Part shown: in pieces, positions 17,634 to 27,684 of the stretch | Layout: each line of letters opens with the position of its first letter | Position numbering within the stretch: the stretch's first letter is position 1 | Assembly: GCA_048267945.1 (NCBI GenBank) | Contig: JBLWWO010000001.1 | Coordinates: 1-50,883, forward strand | Reading direction: 5' to 3' | From: Poseidonibacter sp. | GTDB lineage: Bacteria > Campylobacterota > Campylobacteria > Campylobacterales > Arcobacteraceae | DNA: 50,883 bases | Notes under the pieces: generated by a model | What the model was told of the DNA's origin: nothing | What the model saw: the letters and a program-made list of their open reading frames with translations, nothing else | Databases searched by the model: none | Translations under genes and position numbers: made by a program

Positions 17634-19695
17634 GGGGTTCTTCCTTTTTGAAATCTAGCTCAACTTCGTTTCCAAAGATATCTTGAGCAAATGTTCTTAT
17701 TAAAGCAAAGTGTTTATATAAAAACTTTCTATCATCTCCTTGTGCATAAGAAGCAATTGAAAGTTTATTATCAGCAAACCCTCTGAAAATAAAGTTCTTT
17801 TCAAAACACTCACCAAGTGAATAATCTCTATCATAAACTTTTTCAGTTAATTTAATATATAAAACATTCTCTACAACTTCACTCTTTTTGTTTGATACTG
17901 GCTCTTCTACTGGAACAGGTACAACTTCAACTTCTGAACTTGGATTAAATGCTACTTGTTGTTCAAGAGCTTGAACTTCTACTTCTTGAGAAACTATCTC
18001 TTTTACTGCTTCATCTACTACTGTTTCTAAACTCTCATTAGGTGCAGGTGGAGTTATAAGCTCTTCTTGTTTTTGTTCAACTACTGGTGCTGGTGTTTGC
18101 ATAGCTTGAGTTTGAACTGGTGCTGCTTGCTTTTCAATAGGCGCAGACATTCCCTCATCAAAAGGATTAGGATAAGAAACAGTTTCAATAGCATCTACTA
18201 AACCTAAATCTACAAAAGAAGTAGACTCTACTAATACTTCATCAGCTGGTGTTAATTCTTCTATTTTAGTTTCAGGTAAATCATCTGGCATCATAATAGG
18301 CTCAGGAGTTGGTGTAACTGTAGGAGTTGAACTTGGCATATCATCAAAAGGATTAGAGTTTACAACACCTTCAACTACAATATTTTTCAGCTCTTCTTCT
18401 ACTGTTGATCTCTCTTCAATAGGAGTTTCATTTTTAATTTCTTGAACTTTTTCTTCAACAATTGGTGAAACAACTTCTTGTTTTACTTCTTCAACAATAG
18501 GAGCAGAAACAACTACTTCAACTTCTTTTACAGGAGCTGGTTCTTGTATCACTGGTGCTGGTTCAACAACTGGTACCACAGGAGCCACTGGTGTTTGTGT
18601 TACTACTGGTGCTACATCTTGACTAGGTTCAATTTTTTGAATTTGATTAATAATATCGTCAATAGTTTTAATATCAACAGCTTCAACCATTTTCATTAAT
18701 GTTAAAATCAGTACAAATCCACCATCAGAATTCATTGCAAGTAATTGTTTTGCATCACTTAAAATTCTAAAGAATCTATCAAATAAAAGTAAATCAAATC
18801 TTGTATCTTTTGCTAACATTTTGTGTTTTAAGAAGATTGTCATTTCATCACACACTTGTGATACTTCATAGTTTTCTAAATCTCTTACAATAGTAGTAAT
18901 ATCACCTTTATTTAATACAACTGTAAATATCTTGTCCATTACTTCAGGGTCAATAAGTCCAAGCATATCAACAACAGCAGATGTAGTTACTCTTCCTTTT
19001 GAGAAGATAATAGCTTGGTCAAGCATAGTTAGAGTATCTCTTAAACTTCCTTGTCCAGTTCTTGCTAAAATCTCTAAAGCAGATGATTCATAATCAATAT
19101 TTTCTTCATTTAAAATATGTGATAAATGATGAATTACATCAGAAGATGCAATTTTATTAAATCTAAAATGCTGAGTTCTTGAAAGAATTGTTGCAGGTAA
19201 TTTAAGTGGGTCTGTAGTTGCAAGAATAAACTTCACAAATCCAGGAGGTTCTTCTAGTGTTTTTAATAAAGCATTAAAGGCTTGAGTAGTAAGCATATGA
19301 ACTTCATCGATTATAAATACTTTAAATCTAGCAGAACTTGGTTTGTATTTTGTATGCTCAATTAGGTCTTTGATATCATCAATACCTCTATTTGAAGCAG
19401 CATCCATTTCTATAATATCTAAGTGTCTATTTGCATTTGCACTTTTACAATTATCACATACTTCACATGGTTTTGAAGTAGGTCCTTCAGAACATAATAA
19501 AGCTTTTGCCATGATTCTAGCAGTAGAAGTTTTACCACTTCCTCTTAATCCACTGAATAAATATGCGTGAGATAATCTATTTGAATCTAACGCTAATGAT
19601 AAAGTTTGAGAAACTGTACTTTGACCTACTAAATCTTCAAATCTATGAGGTCTATACTTTAACGCTAAAACTCTTTTTTCCATCATATCACTCAT
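17623..19695 (-). CDS. dnaX: DNA polymerase III subunit gamma/tau (zero-frame product, 690 aa)
   Basis: LALKYRP, Walker A GLRGSGKT, Zn-binding Cys cluster, IIDEVHML and ILSRTQ. Confidence 0.97.
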   Translation of the reverse strand: MSDMMEKRVLALKYRPHRFEDLVGQSTVSQTLSLALDSNRLSHAYLFSGLRGSGKTSTARIMAKALLCSEGPTSKPCEVCDNCKSANANRHLDIIEMDAASNRGIDDIKDLIEHTKYKPSSARFKVFIIDEVHMLTTQAFNALLKTLEEPPGFVKFILATTDPLKLPATILSRTQHFRFNKIASSDVIHHLSHILNEENIDYESSALEILARTGQGSLRDTLTMLDQAIIFSKGRVTTSAVVDMLGLIDPEVMDKIFTVVLNKGDITTIVRDLENYEVSQVCDEMTIFLKHKMLAKDTRFDLLLFDRFFRILSDAKQLLAMNSDGGFVLILTLMKMVEAVDIKTIDDIINQIQKIEPSQDVAPVVTQTPVAPVVPVVEPAPVIQEPAPVKEVEVVVSAPIVEEVKQEVVSPIVEEKVQEIKNETPIEERSTVEEELKNIVVEGVVNSNPFDDMPSSTPTVTPTPEPIMMPDDLPETKIEELTPADEVLVESTSFVDLGLVDAIETVSYPNPFDEGMSAPIEKQAAPVQTQAMQTPAPVVEQKQEELITPPAPNESLETVVDEAVKEIVSQEVEVQALEQQVAFNPSSEVEVVPVPVEEPVSNKKSEVVENVLYIKLTEKVYDRDYSLGECFEKNFIFRGFADNKLSIASYAQGDDRKFLYKHFALIRTFAQDIFGNEVELDFKKEEPRQA

Positions 19696-20489
19696 ATTTC
19701 ACATTTCCTAATTATAATTTTTTCATTTTGTTTACTGTTTTCAAATATCATATCTATCATATTTGTATTTATACTTCCAGTATGTAGTATAGAGATGTTA
19801 AGATTACCTTCATTCACATGTCCATTTTCACAACTTAGACTTTTTAGTCTCTTTGCAATGGCTGAGCCTGTTTCTATTAGTTTTACTTCATAACCCATAA
19901 CTTCTTGAATTACATCAGAAACCAAAGGATAATGAGTACAACCTAAAACAATAGTATCTACACTATTTTCTCTCATAGGTTCAAGCCAAGAAGAAAGCAT
20001 TGATTTTGTTTTTTCATGTAAAACATCACCATTTTCTATCTGCTCAACTAAACCTGGACATGCTTGTTCAAAAAGAGTAACTTCTTTTTGTTTTGATAAC
20101 TTATCTACAAGTACTTGGTACTTATCACCATTCAAAGTAGCAGTTGTAGCTAAAACCCCTATTTTTGAAGTTTTTGTTGTTTCAATTGCCGGTTTAATAC
20201 CAGGTTCTGTTCCTACAACTATTAGAGTTTTTTCAACTTCTCTTAAATACATAATAGATGCAGAAGTAGCGGTATTACAAGCAACTACTAATACATCTAT
20301 ATCATGATTTTCTATTAAAAAATCTGTAATTTGTTTGGAACGTTCTAGTATTTGATTTATAGTTTTTTGACCATAAGGAGCATAGGCTGTGTCAGCCACA
20401 TAATATATATCTGCACCCTTAAAAATATCTGTAATAGCCCTAACAATTGTTAAGCCACCAAGACCAGAATCAAAAACCCCTACTTTCAA
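19692..20489 (-). CDS. murI: Glutamate racemase
   Basis: FDSGLGG, VACNTAT and LGCTHYP. Confidence 0.97.
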   Translation of the reverse strand: MKVGVFDSGLGGLTIVRAITDIFKGADIYYVADTAYAPYGQKTINQILERSKQITDFLIENHDIDVLVVACNTATSASIMYLREVEKTLIVVGTEPGIKPAIETTKTSKIGVLATTATLNGDKYQVLVDKLSKQKEVTLFEQACPGLVEQIENGDVLHEKTKSMLSSWLEPMRENSVDTIVLGCTHYPLVSDVIQEVMGYEVKLIETGSAIAKRLKSLSCENGHVNEGNLNISILHTGSINTNMIDMIFENSKQNEKIIIRKCEI

Positions 20490-20580
20490 ATGACACCTTA
20501 TACTTAATTTATGAGATTATATCAAAAAAGTTATAACTAATATGTTAAAATTAACCTACTTTAAAACCAAAGGCAAGATT

Positions 20581-21240
20581 TTGTTTTCTCACTTTCATCC
20601 ATATGAACCATTTTTACATAAAGACACAAAAAAAGTAATAGTAGGAACTCTACCACCACCTAGATTTTGTACTAAAGAATACAAAATAAATGATGTACTT
20701 TTTTGTTATGGTTCACAAGATGGAATGTTATGGAAAAGCCTTGATAGAATCTATAATTTAAACCTGATTTACAATAACTCACAAGAAGCAGTTGATATGA
20801 GAAAAGAGTTTTTAATCTCTAATAAAATTGGGGTTTGTGATATTGTATCTTCTTGTAAAAGAGAAAAAATAGATGCAAGTGATTTGGGTATGAAAGATAT
20901 AATATTACGAGATATTCTAGGATATATCAAACAATATAAAACCATAGATACTCTTATTTTCACAGGTGGAAATTCTAAGAATGGCCCTGAGTATTTTTTA
21001 AGACAAGTACTAAAAAAAGAGAAGATTAAATATACTGTAGTTTCTAATGATATCCCAAAAGTTCATGAGTTTACATATGATAATAGAGTTATAAGAACTG
21101 TGTCTTTAACATCTCCATCAAATGCTGCGAATAGGTCTATTGGGGCAAATGCTTTATATAAAAGCAAAAAGAGTGAAAACCCAAACTATTCAACTTTTGA
21201 TTTTAGAGTTGAACAGTATGAGAAAGTTTTTAATTTGTAG
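20581..21240 (+). CDS. Uracil-DNA glycosylase superfamily protein (MUG/HDG-like)
   Basis: HPYEP, VGTLPP, FTGG and LTSPSNAA motifs; TTG at 20581 has AAGG SD. Confidence 0.8.
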   Translation: MFSHFHPYEPFLHKDTKKVIVGTLPPPRFCTKEYKINDVLFCYGSQDGMLWKSLDRIYNLNLIYNNSQEAVDMRKEFLISNKIGVCDIVSSCKREKIDASDLGMKDIILRDILGYIKQYKTIDTLIFTGGNSKNGPEYFLRQVLKKEKIKYTVVSNDIPKVHEFTYDNRVIRTVSLTSPSNAANRSIGANALYKSKKSENPNYSTFDFRVEQYEKVFNL

Positions 21241-22438
21241 TTACTTCATAAATTGGAAGTTCAATAATAAACTTTGTTCCAAGTTGTGTATTACCAAAAG
21301 TAAGATTACCTTTTAAACTTTTCGTTACGATATTAAAACAGTTATATAGTCCAATACCAGTACCTACACTTTTGTCTTTAGTAGTAAAATATGGATTAAA
21401 GATTTTGTTTTTAATCTCTTTTGGGATTCCTCCCGCATTGTCTTCTATAGTGATTATAATCTTAGAATCATTTTTTATAACAGAGTATTTCACCCATTTA
21501 TTTTTAATATCATTTTCACATAATGCATCTTTTGCATTATTTAAAATAGAAATTAATACTTGAAGTAATTCTCCTGATACTAATCTAAATGAGATAGATT
21601 CTTTTTCAATATTACCTTCTATAATTTTGATTTCATTTACATCAAAACTAGGTTCAATTATTTGAAGAGCCATTTTCACTCTATCTTGAATAATCACATC
21701 TTTTTCTTTATGACTTTCTTGAATATAGTCTCTAAATTCATCAATAGTAGTAGATAAAAACTGAGTGTTTTCTACTATTTTACTTGCATAAGAGCTAAAG
21801 TCTTCACTACTTAACATATCATGTTCTTGTTTTATTTTCATACCACTTGCAGCAGTTGAAATAATACTTAATGGTTGTCGCCATTGATGGGCAATATTAC
21901 CAATAAGATCGCCCATTTGAGCCATTTTCATTTGCTCAAATATTTGTTTATCTTTTTTCTTGTTTAAATCTTTTTCTTTTTTAATTCTTTCTTCTAATTT
22001 AGAAGCTTTAGAACTTAGTTTTTTATTTTCATTTTCTAAGTTCATCATATTAATACAAGAGTTAATACTCATATTTAATTTTTTTCGCAAGTTTTCATAA
22101 ATCGATTCTAAAAAAGAAAAGTCAGAATCTTTCTCATAAGAGCAAACCATTAGACCTTTTTCTAATTTGTATAATAAAAGATTAAATACTTCATCATATT
22201 TATAAATATTAATTTTGTTTTCATTTGTTTGTTGAAGTAAGTTATTCACATCATAATCTATTGTTTTACCAAATGATGCAATATTTTTATTATCTTTATT
22301 ATCAAGAAGATAGAAACTAGCATAAGTAGCTTTTGTTTCATCTATAAAAGTTTCTAAGGTTTCACCAATCATTTCATCAAGCTTCAAACTGTTACCAATT
22401 GAGTTTTGACATTTATACGAAATCGTTAGTTCGTTCAA
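21230..22438 (-). CDS. Cytoplasmic orphan sensor histidine kinase
   Basis: No TM segment; coiled coil, H-box AHQWRQPL, DNAGGI and GTGIGL. Confidence 0.88.
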   Translation of the reverse strand: MNELTISYKCQNSIGNSLKLDEMIGETLETFIDETKATYASFYLLDNKDNKNIASFGKTIDYDVNNLLQQTNENKINIYKYDEVFNLLLYKLEKGLMVCSYEKDSDFSFLESIYENLRKKLNMSINSCINMMNLENENKKLSSKASKLEERIKKEKDLNKKKDKQIFEQMKMAQMGDLIGNIAHQWRQPLSIISTAASGMKIKQEHDMLSSEDFSSYASKIVENTQFLSTTIDEFRDYIQESHKEKDVIIQDRVKMALQIIEPSFDVNEIKIIEGNIEKESISFRLVSGELLQVLISILNNAKDALCENDIKNKWVKYSVIKNDSKIIITIEDNAGGIPKEIKNKIFNPYFTTKDKSVGTGIGLYNCFNIVTKSLKGNLTFGNTQLGTKFIIELPIYEVTTN

Positions 22439-22569
22439 TTCAAATATCCTTAAAAAATAAGTTTATTACTTATTAAATACTGTTTTTTTGGGGTGTTACG
22501 TAATAAAAAATACAATTTGGTAAATAGTAGCGAAAAAAGATTAAGAGAAGTATACAGAGAAAGGGGAAT

Positions 22570-22607
22570 TTTAGAACTTACGATACAAAAAAACCGTAAG
22601 TTCTAAA
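22570..22607 (-). terminator. Hairpin downstream of metQ
   Basis: TTTAGAACTTACG and CGTAAGTTCTAAA 13-bp inverted repeat. Confidence 0.6.
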
Positions 22608-22615
22608 GAATTGTA

Positions 22616-23422
22616 TTAGAAAGCTTCTACGATAGAACCTTTATATTTGTCATTAATAAAGTTTCTAATCTCGTTTGAGTTTAATACTTCGTTTAATGCT
22701 TTGATGTAATCTTTATTTTCATTACCTTCTTTTACAACAAGAATGTTAGCATAAGGAGAATTTTTTGATTCAAGTACTAAAGCATCTTTTAATGGATTTA
22801 AATTAGCAGCTAAAGCATAGTTAGTATTAATAACAGCAGCATCTACTTCATCTAAAACTCTTGGTAATTGAGGAGCATCTAACTCTTTGATTTTAAAGTT
22901 TCTTGGATTCTTATCAATATCAAGTGCAGTTTTAAATTTAACATCTTTGAAAGTTAATAAACCTTGCTCTTCTAAAATATTTAATGCTCTACTTTCATTT
23001 GTAGGATCATTAGGAACTGCAATTGTAGCACCATCTTTTAATTCATTTAATGCTTCAATTTTCTTAGAGTAAACACCCATTGGTTCTAAGTGAACATTAA
23101 CAGTTTTTACTAATTTAGTATTTTTGTTTTTGTTAAATTCTTCTAAGTATGGTAAATGTTGGAAGAAGTTTGCATCAAGTTCACCTTCATCAACTGCAAT
23201 GTTTGGTGTAACATAATCAGTAAATTCAACGATTTGTAATTCATAACCTTTAGCTTTTAATAAAGTTTGTGCAATCTCTAAAATCTCTGAATGAGGAACT
23301 GGAGTAGCTCCAACTTTAATTACTGTTTTTTTCTCTACTTTTGATTCTTTTGAATCAGTACAAGCTGTAAATGCAAATGCAATAACAGCAACAAATGCTA
23401 ATTTTAAAATATTTTTAAACAT
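22616..23422 (-). CDS. metQ: Methionine ABC transporter substrate-binding lipoprotein
   Basis: Lipobox FTAC, GATPVPH, DANFFQH and PNDPTNE. Confidence 0.93.
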   Translation of the reverse strand: MFKNILKLAFVAVIAFAFTACTDSKESKVEKKTVIKVGATPVPHSEILEIAQTLLKAKGYELQIVEFTDYVTPNIAVDEGELDANFFQHLPYLEEFNKNKNTKLVKTVNVHLEPMGVYSKKIEALNELKDGATIAVPNDPTNESRALNILEEQGLLTFKDVKFKTALDIDKNPRNFKIKELDAPQLPRVLDEVDAAVINTNYALAANLNPLKDALVLESKNSPYANILVVKEGNENKDYIKALNEVLNSNEIRNFINDKYKGSIVEAF

Positions 23423-23434
23423 ATATATTCTCCT

Positions 23435-24073
23435 TTATTTTTTTGTAATTTTGTATAAATAGTCACCAAAACTTTGGCAAACTTGTACTAATGCAATTAA
23501 GATTAATACTGTGTAAATCATCGTATCTGTTTGGAATCTATAGTAACCATATTTAATAGCTACATCTCCAAGACCTCCACCACCAACAGCTCCAGCCATT
23601 GCTGAGAAACCAATAACAGTAATTAGTGTTAAAGTAATTGCTGAAATAATCGCAGGAAGTGCTTCAACTAACATCACTTTGAAAATGATTTGAAAATCGC
23701 TAGCCCCAAAAGACTTAGCAGCTTCAACAACACCAATATCAACTTCTTTTAGTGCACTTTCAATAAGTCTTGCAATAAAAGGAGCAGCTCCAATAGTTAG
23801 TGGAATAATAGCAGCACTTGTACCAATACTTTTTCCAATTAAAAACTTTGTTACAGGGAAAAGAACAATCATTAAAATAATAAAAGGAAAAGATCTTAAA
23901 GTATTAATTACAACATCTAATATTGAATATACTTTTAGATTTTCTCTTAATCCACCTTTTGAAGTTAAAATCAAAATAATTGCTAGAAAAAATCCAATAA
24001 CAACAGCAAAAAATGTTGAAACTAATGACATATAAACAGTTTCACCTAATGCAGGTAATAAAATATCAACCAT
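23435..24073 (-). CDS. metI: Methionine ABC transporter permease
   Basis: RSFPFIIL, EAA loop and SAMAGAVGGGGLG; ATG at 24073 follows GGAGG. Confidence 0.93.
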   Translation of the reverse strand: MVDILLPALGETVYMSLVSTFFAVVIGFFLAIILILTSKGGLRENLKVYSILDVVINTLRSFPFIILMIVLFPVTKFLIGKSIGTSAAIIPLTIGAAPFIARLIESALKEVDIGVVEAAKSFGASDFQIIFKVMLVEALPAIISAITLTLITVIGFSAMAGAVGGGGLGDVAIKYGYYRFQTDTMIYTVLILIALVQVCQSFGDYLYKITKK

Positions 24074-25029
24074 TATAATACCTCCCAAATAATTTCATGT
24101 TCTTTTATATAGTTCGTAACTTTTTCTTTATCAGACTCTTTAATATTAATAACCATATTTCCAACAATATGAGTATTGATCTCTTCAAGTTTTCCCCATA
24201 CAATATTAAAGTCCATATCTAACTCTCTTGCCATTTTTGTAATAAATGATTGGAAAGCATTATCTTTTGGGAAATAAATTTTAATATTTACTCCATCCTC
24301 TGGAACTACTTCTGTTTCACCTAAAAACTCTTTCATTTTCTCATCAGGTTTTAAAAATAACTCTTCCGTATCATCAAAACCAATAATATTTCCATGCTCT
24401 AATAAAAGGGCTTTTTGTGCAATTTGTTTTACAACTTCCATTTCATGTGTAACTAAAACTATTGTAATGTTTAGTTTTTCATTAATCTCTTTTAATAAAT
24501 TTAAAATAGATGTAGTTGTATTTGGATCAAGTGCGGATGTTGCTTCATCTGAAAGTAAAACTTCTGGATCTAAAGTCAAAGCTCTTGCAATTGCAACTCT
24601 TTGTTTTTGTCCACCACTTAATTCACTAGGATATGATTGAAGTTTTTCATCTAATCCAACTAATGATAATAAGTCTTTTACTTTTTTAGAAATTTCATCT
24701 TTACTGTATCCCCAAAGTTGCATTGGTAAAGCAACATTTTCAAATACAGTTTTTCTTTGAATTAATGAAAAGTGTTGAAATATCATTCCAATATTTTTTC
24801 TAAATTCTCTTAATTCATTTTTCTTAAGAGTTTTGATCTCTTTGTTTTTAACTTGCAATGAACCATCACTATAATCTTCAAGTCCATTAATACATCTCAT
24901 TAATGTAGATTTTCCTGCACCACTGTGTCCAACAATGGCAAAAATCTCACCTTTTTTAATATCAATAGAAATATTATTTAAAACTTTTACGTCACCATAG
25001 TGCTTATTCAAATTTTTAATATTTATCAA
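24073..25029 (-). CDS. metN: Methionine ABC transporter ATP-binding protein
   Basis: [25 protein letters not shown] and C-terminal NIL-like domain. Confidence 0.93.
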   Translation of the reverse strand: MINIKNLNKHYGDVKVLNNISIDIKKGEIFAIVGHSGAGKSTLMRCINGLEDYSDGSLQVKNKEIKTLKKNELREFRKNIGMIFQHFSLIQRKTVFENVALPMQLWGYSKDEISKKVKDLLSLVGLDEKLQSYPSELSGGQKQRVAIARALTLDPEVLLSDEATSALDPNTTTSILNLLKEINEKLNITIVLVTHEMEVVKQIAQKALLLEHGNIIGFDDTEELFLKPDEKMKEFLGETEVVPEDGVNIKIYFPKDNAFQSFITKMARELDMDFNIVWGKLEEINTHIVGNMVINIKESDKEKVTNYIKEHEIIWEVL

Positions 25030-25218
25030 TTTTTGTCCTTATTCGTGATGCAATAGTATTAAAAAATGAATAAAAGATGTGTTAAAGAAGACATTTAAAT
25101 GTAATTTTATGCAATTTTAATGTAGATTTATAGGAAATAAAATTGACTATATTACTATAGTATTTAAAATAACTAGTATTATTTATTTAAAGATTGAGGG
25201 ATTTATGTATTAGGTATA

Positions 25219-25249
25219 AAAAAAGAGAAGTTAAAAACTTCTCTTTTTT
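25219..25249 (-). terminator. Intrinsic terminator after rho
   Basis: AAAAAAGAGAAGTT-aaa-AACTTCTCTTTTTT. Confidence 0.75.
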
Positions 25250-26576
25250 ATTCGTTCATTCCAGCGAAGAAAGCTTCGTTGTTTGGAGTTTTTTGCATTT
25301 TTGAATATAAGAATTTAAGTGCTTCAACTTCATCCATAGATGCAATAGCATTTCTAAGAATCCAAGTTTTTTGTAACACTTCAGGAGTAAGAAGTAATTC
25401 TTCTTTTCTAGTACCTGATTTAATAATATCAAGTGCTGGATAAACTCTTTTGTTAGCTGCGTTTCTAGATAATACAACTTCTGAGTTTCCTGTTCCTTTG
25501 AATTCTTCAAAGATAACTTCATCCATTTTAGAACCAGTTTCAATTAATGCAGTAGAGATAATAGTTAAAGAACCACCCTCTTCAATATTTCTAGCAGCAC
25601 CAAAGAATCTTTTTGGTTTATGTAAAGCATTTGCATCAACCCCACCTGAAAGTACTTTTCCAGAACTTGGTGTTACAGTATTGTATGCTCTTGCTAATCT
25701 TGTAATAGAATCTAATAAGATAACTACATCTTTTTTCATTTCTACAAGTCTTTTTGCTTTTTCAATTACGATTTCAGCAACTCTAACATGATTATGTGCA
25801 GGTAAATCAAAAGTAGATGAATAAACTTCACCTTTAACAGATCTTTGCATATCAGTAACCTCTTCAGGTCTTTCATCAATTAATAGTACCATTAATGATA
25901 CTTCAGGATGATTTTTAGAAATACCATGAGCTAATTCTTTTAATAACTCAGTTTTACCAGTTTTAGGAGGTGCAACAATAAGACCCCTTTGCCCTTTACC
26001 CATAGGAGCAAATAAATCTAACATTCTTCCTGTCATTCTTTTAGAATCATACTCAAAGCTAAATCTTTCAGTTGAATATAAAGGAGTTAAGTTGTCAAAT
26101 AATGGTCTGTTTTTTGATGCTTTAATTGGTAGGTAGTTAATTGCTTCAATTTTAAGTAAAGCATTATATTTTTCACTCTCTTTGTTTGGAGGTCTAACTT
26201 GTCCAGTTACAATATCACCTGTTCTTAGTGCAAACTTTCTAATCTGAGTAGCACTTACATAAGAATCGTTTGATGTATCTGAGAAGTTACCATCAATTGC
26301 CCTTAAGAATCCAAATCCACCTTCTTTAATCTCTAAGATACCAGTGAATAGAATAAATCCACCTGCATCAATTTGATTTTTAAGAATTGAGAACATTAAA
26401 TCTTGTCTTTTAAGTTCTTGTGGGTTTTCTACATCTAATTCTTTTGCAATATCTAGAAGTTGCTCAAGAGGTAGTTCCCTAAGTTGTTCAATTTTGTATC
26501 CCTCAACAGGAATGTGTGTTCTTGTTTTTCTAGCAGTAGTAGCTTTTGCTTTGCTCTGAGTTTTTGACTCTTCCAT
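25248..26576 (-). CDS. rho: Transcription termination factor Rho
   Basis: [25 protein letters not shown] and EEFKGTGN. Confidence 0.98.
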   Translation of the reverse strand: MEESKTQSKAKATTARKTRTHIPVEGYKIEQLRELPLEQLLDIAKELDVENPQELKRQDLMFSILKNQIDAGGFILFTGILEIKEGGFGFLRAIDGNFSDTSNDSYVSATQIRKFALRTGDIVTGQVRPPNKESEKYNALLKIEAINYLPIKASKNRPLFDNLTPLYSTERFSFEYDSKRMTGRMLDLFAPMGKGQRGLIVAPPKTGKTELLKELAHGISKNHPEVSLMVLLIDERPEEVTDMQRSVKGEVYSSTFDLPAHNHVRVAEIVIEKAKRLVEMKKDVVILLDSITRLARAYNTVTPSSGKVLSGGVDANALHKPKRFFGAARNIEEGGSLTIISTALIETGSKMDEVIFEEFKGTGNSEVVLSRNAANKRVYPALDIIKSGTRKEELLLTPEVLQKTWILRNAIASMDEVEALKFLYSKMQKTPNNEAFFAGMNE

Positions 26577-26665
26577 GAGTAATGTTAACCTTTTTTGATT
26601 TTACATATCATATATGTAGTAGTTTATTTGTAGTTTTTGTAGTTTTTTTAATTAGTATTAGCGTA

Positions 26666-26694
26666 ATTGTAGTCTTTATTTAGATATTTGTCAA
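26666..26694 (-). promoter_or_regulatory. sigma70 promoter of rho
   Basis: TTGACA (26694-26689), 17-nt spacer, TACAAT (26671-26666). Confidence 0.75.
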
Positions 26695-26712
26695 TTAAAT
26701 AGAAATAAGCAT

Positions 26713-26740
26713 AAAAAAAGGTGCCAAAAATTGACACCTT
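26713..26740 (-). terminator. Intrinsic terminator after ahpC
   Basis: AAGGTGTCAA-ttt-TTGGCACCTT followed by a T-run on the minus strand. Confidence 0.75.
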
Positions 26741-26773
26741 ATATAAGTATAGTATAGTTAAACTATTCTAATA

Positions 26774-27370
26774 TTATAAATCACCTTCGTGTTTACCTAA
26801 GTACTCAGCTACACCTTCAGTAGAAGCTTTCATACCTTCGTCACCTTTATTCCAACCAGCAGGACAAACTTCACCATGCTCGTTAGTAAATAACATAGTA
26901 TCTACCATTCTAATCATTTCGTCAATATTTCTTCCTAATGGTAAGTCATTGATTACTGCATGTCTAACTGTTCCGTCTTTGTCAATTAAGAAAGAACCTC
27001 TTAAAGCTACTGCATCACCAAATAATACATCGTAATCTCTAGAGATTTGCTTAGATAAATCTGCAACTAATGGATATTTAATTCTTCCAATACCACCATT
27101 ATTAACGTCAGTTTCTCTCCATGCGAAGTGTGAGAATTGTGAATCAACAGAAACACCAATTACATTAACACCTCTAGATGTAAATTCTTCAATTCTTTTT
27201 GAGAATGCAATGATTTCAGATGGACATACAAAAGTAAAGTCTAATGGATAAAAGAATAATACTGCACCATTTTCACCGATATTTTCATATAAATTAAAAT
27301 CTTCTACAATTTGACCGTCTGCAAGTACAGCTGTTGCTGTAAAATCTGGAGCTTTTTTAGTTACTAACAT
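26774..27370 (-). CDS. ahpC: 2-Cys peroxiredoxin (alkyl hydroperoxide reductase C)
   Basis: FYPLDFTFVCPSE and GEVCPAGW. Confidence 0.96.
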   Translation of the reverse strand: MLVTKKAPDFTATAVLADGQIVEDFNLYENIGENGAVLFFYPLDFTFVCPSEIIAFSKRIEEFTSRGVNVIGVSVDSQFSHFAWRETDVNNGGIGRIKYPLVADLSKQISRDYDVLFGDAVALRGSFLIDKDGTVRHAVINDLPLGRNIDEMIRMVDTMLFTNEHGEVCPAGWNKGDEGMKASTEGVAEYLGKHEGDL

Positions 27371-27465
27371 TTTATTTCCTTTGATTATTTTTAAATTGTT
27401 GACGTAATTATATACTAAATTTTTTTAAAATAAACTACAAGTTTCCTTAAATTTTAAAATTTATA

Positions 27466-27549
27466 TAATAATTATCATTAGATAAATTTTATCCTTAACT
27501 AGTTCTTTTTTTTAAGTTTTCTTCAAAATTAATACAATAATCATTATCA
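27466..27549. promoter_or_regulatory. Two Fur/PerR-like boxes between divergent ahpC and fdxA
   Basis: TAATAAT-T-ATCATTA (27466-27480) and CAATAAT-C-ATTATCA (27535-27549), 7-1-7 inverted repeats. Confidence 0.6.
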
Positions 27550-27684
27550 TTTTTAATTTGATAAATGGCGACTGTTTCGATTTTACCGTGCTTGGGCTCT
27601 CTCACTTGATAAAATTTCTCTTTTAAAGAAAAATTTATATTTACTGTGATAAAGTTTGATAAATTTTTAAATAGGAGATATACT

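Noticed and set aside
17644-17650. C AAA AAG as an E. coli-type -1 slippery site in dnaX
   Set aside because: It lacks the first A of A AAA AAG, and the -1 frame stops after about 20 codons without reaching the tau-like C-terminus, which lies in +1
17352-19695. dnaX as a pseudogene
   Set aside because: DnaX is essential, both parts are otherwise intact, and the break coincides with a recoding-like signal; an assembly error is not excluded
25030-25218. SAM riboswitch or T-box upstream of metNIQ
   Set aside because: Region is extremely AT-rich with no recognisable SAM-I/II core or T-box motif
27566-27581. sigma54-like TGGC element upstream of fdxA
   Set aside because: The -12 position reads GA, not the required GC
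27558-27670. TTGAT half sites as FNR boxes upstream of fdxA
   Set aside because: No matching ATCAA half site at the right spacing; one copy is better explained as an extended -10
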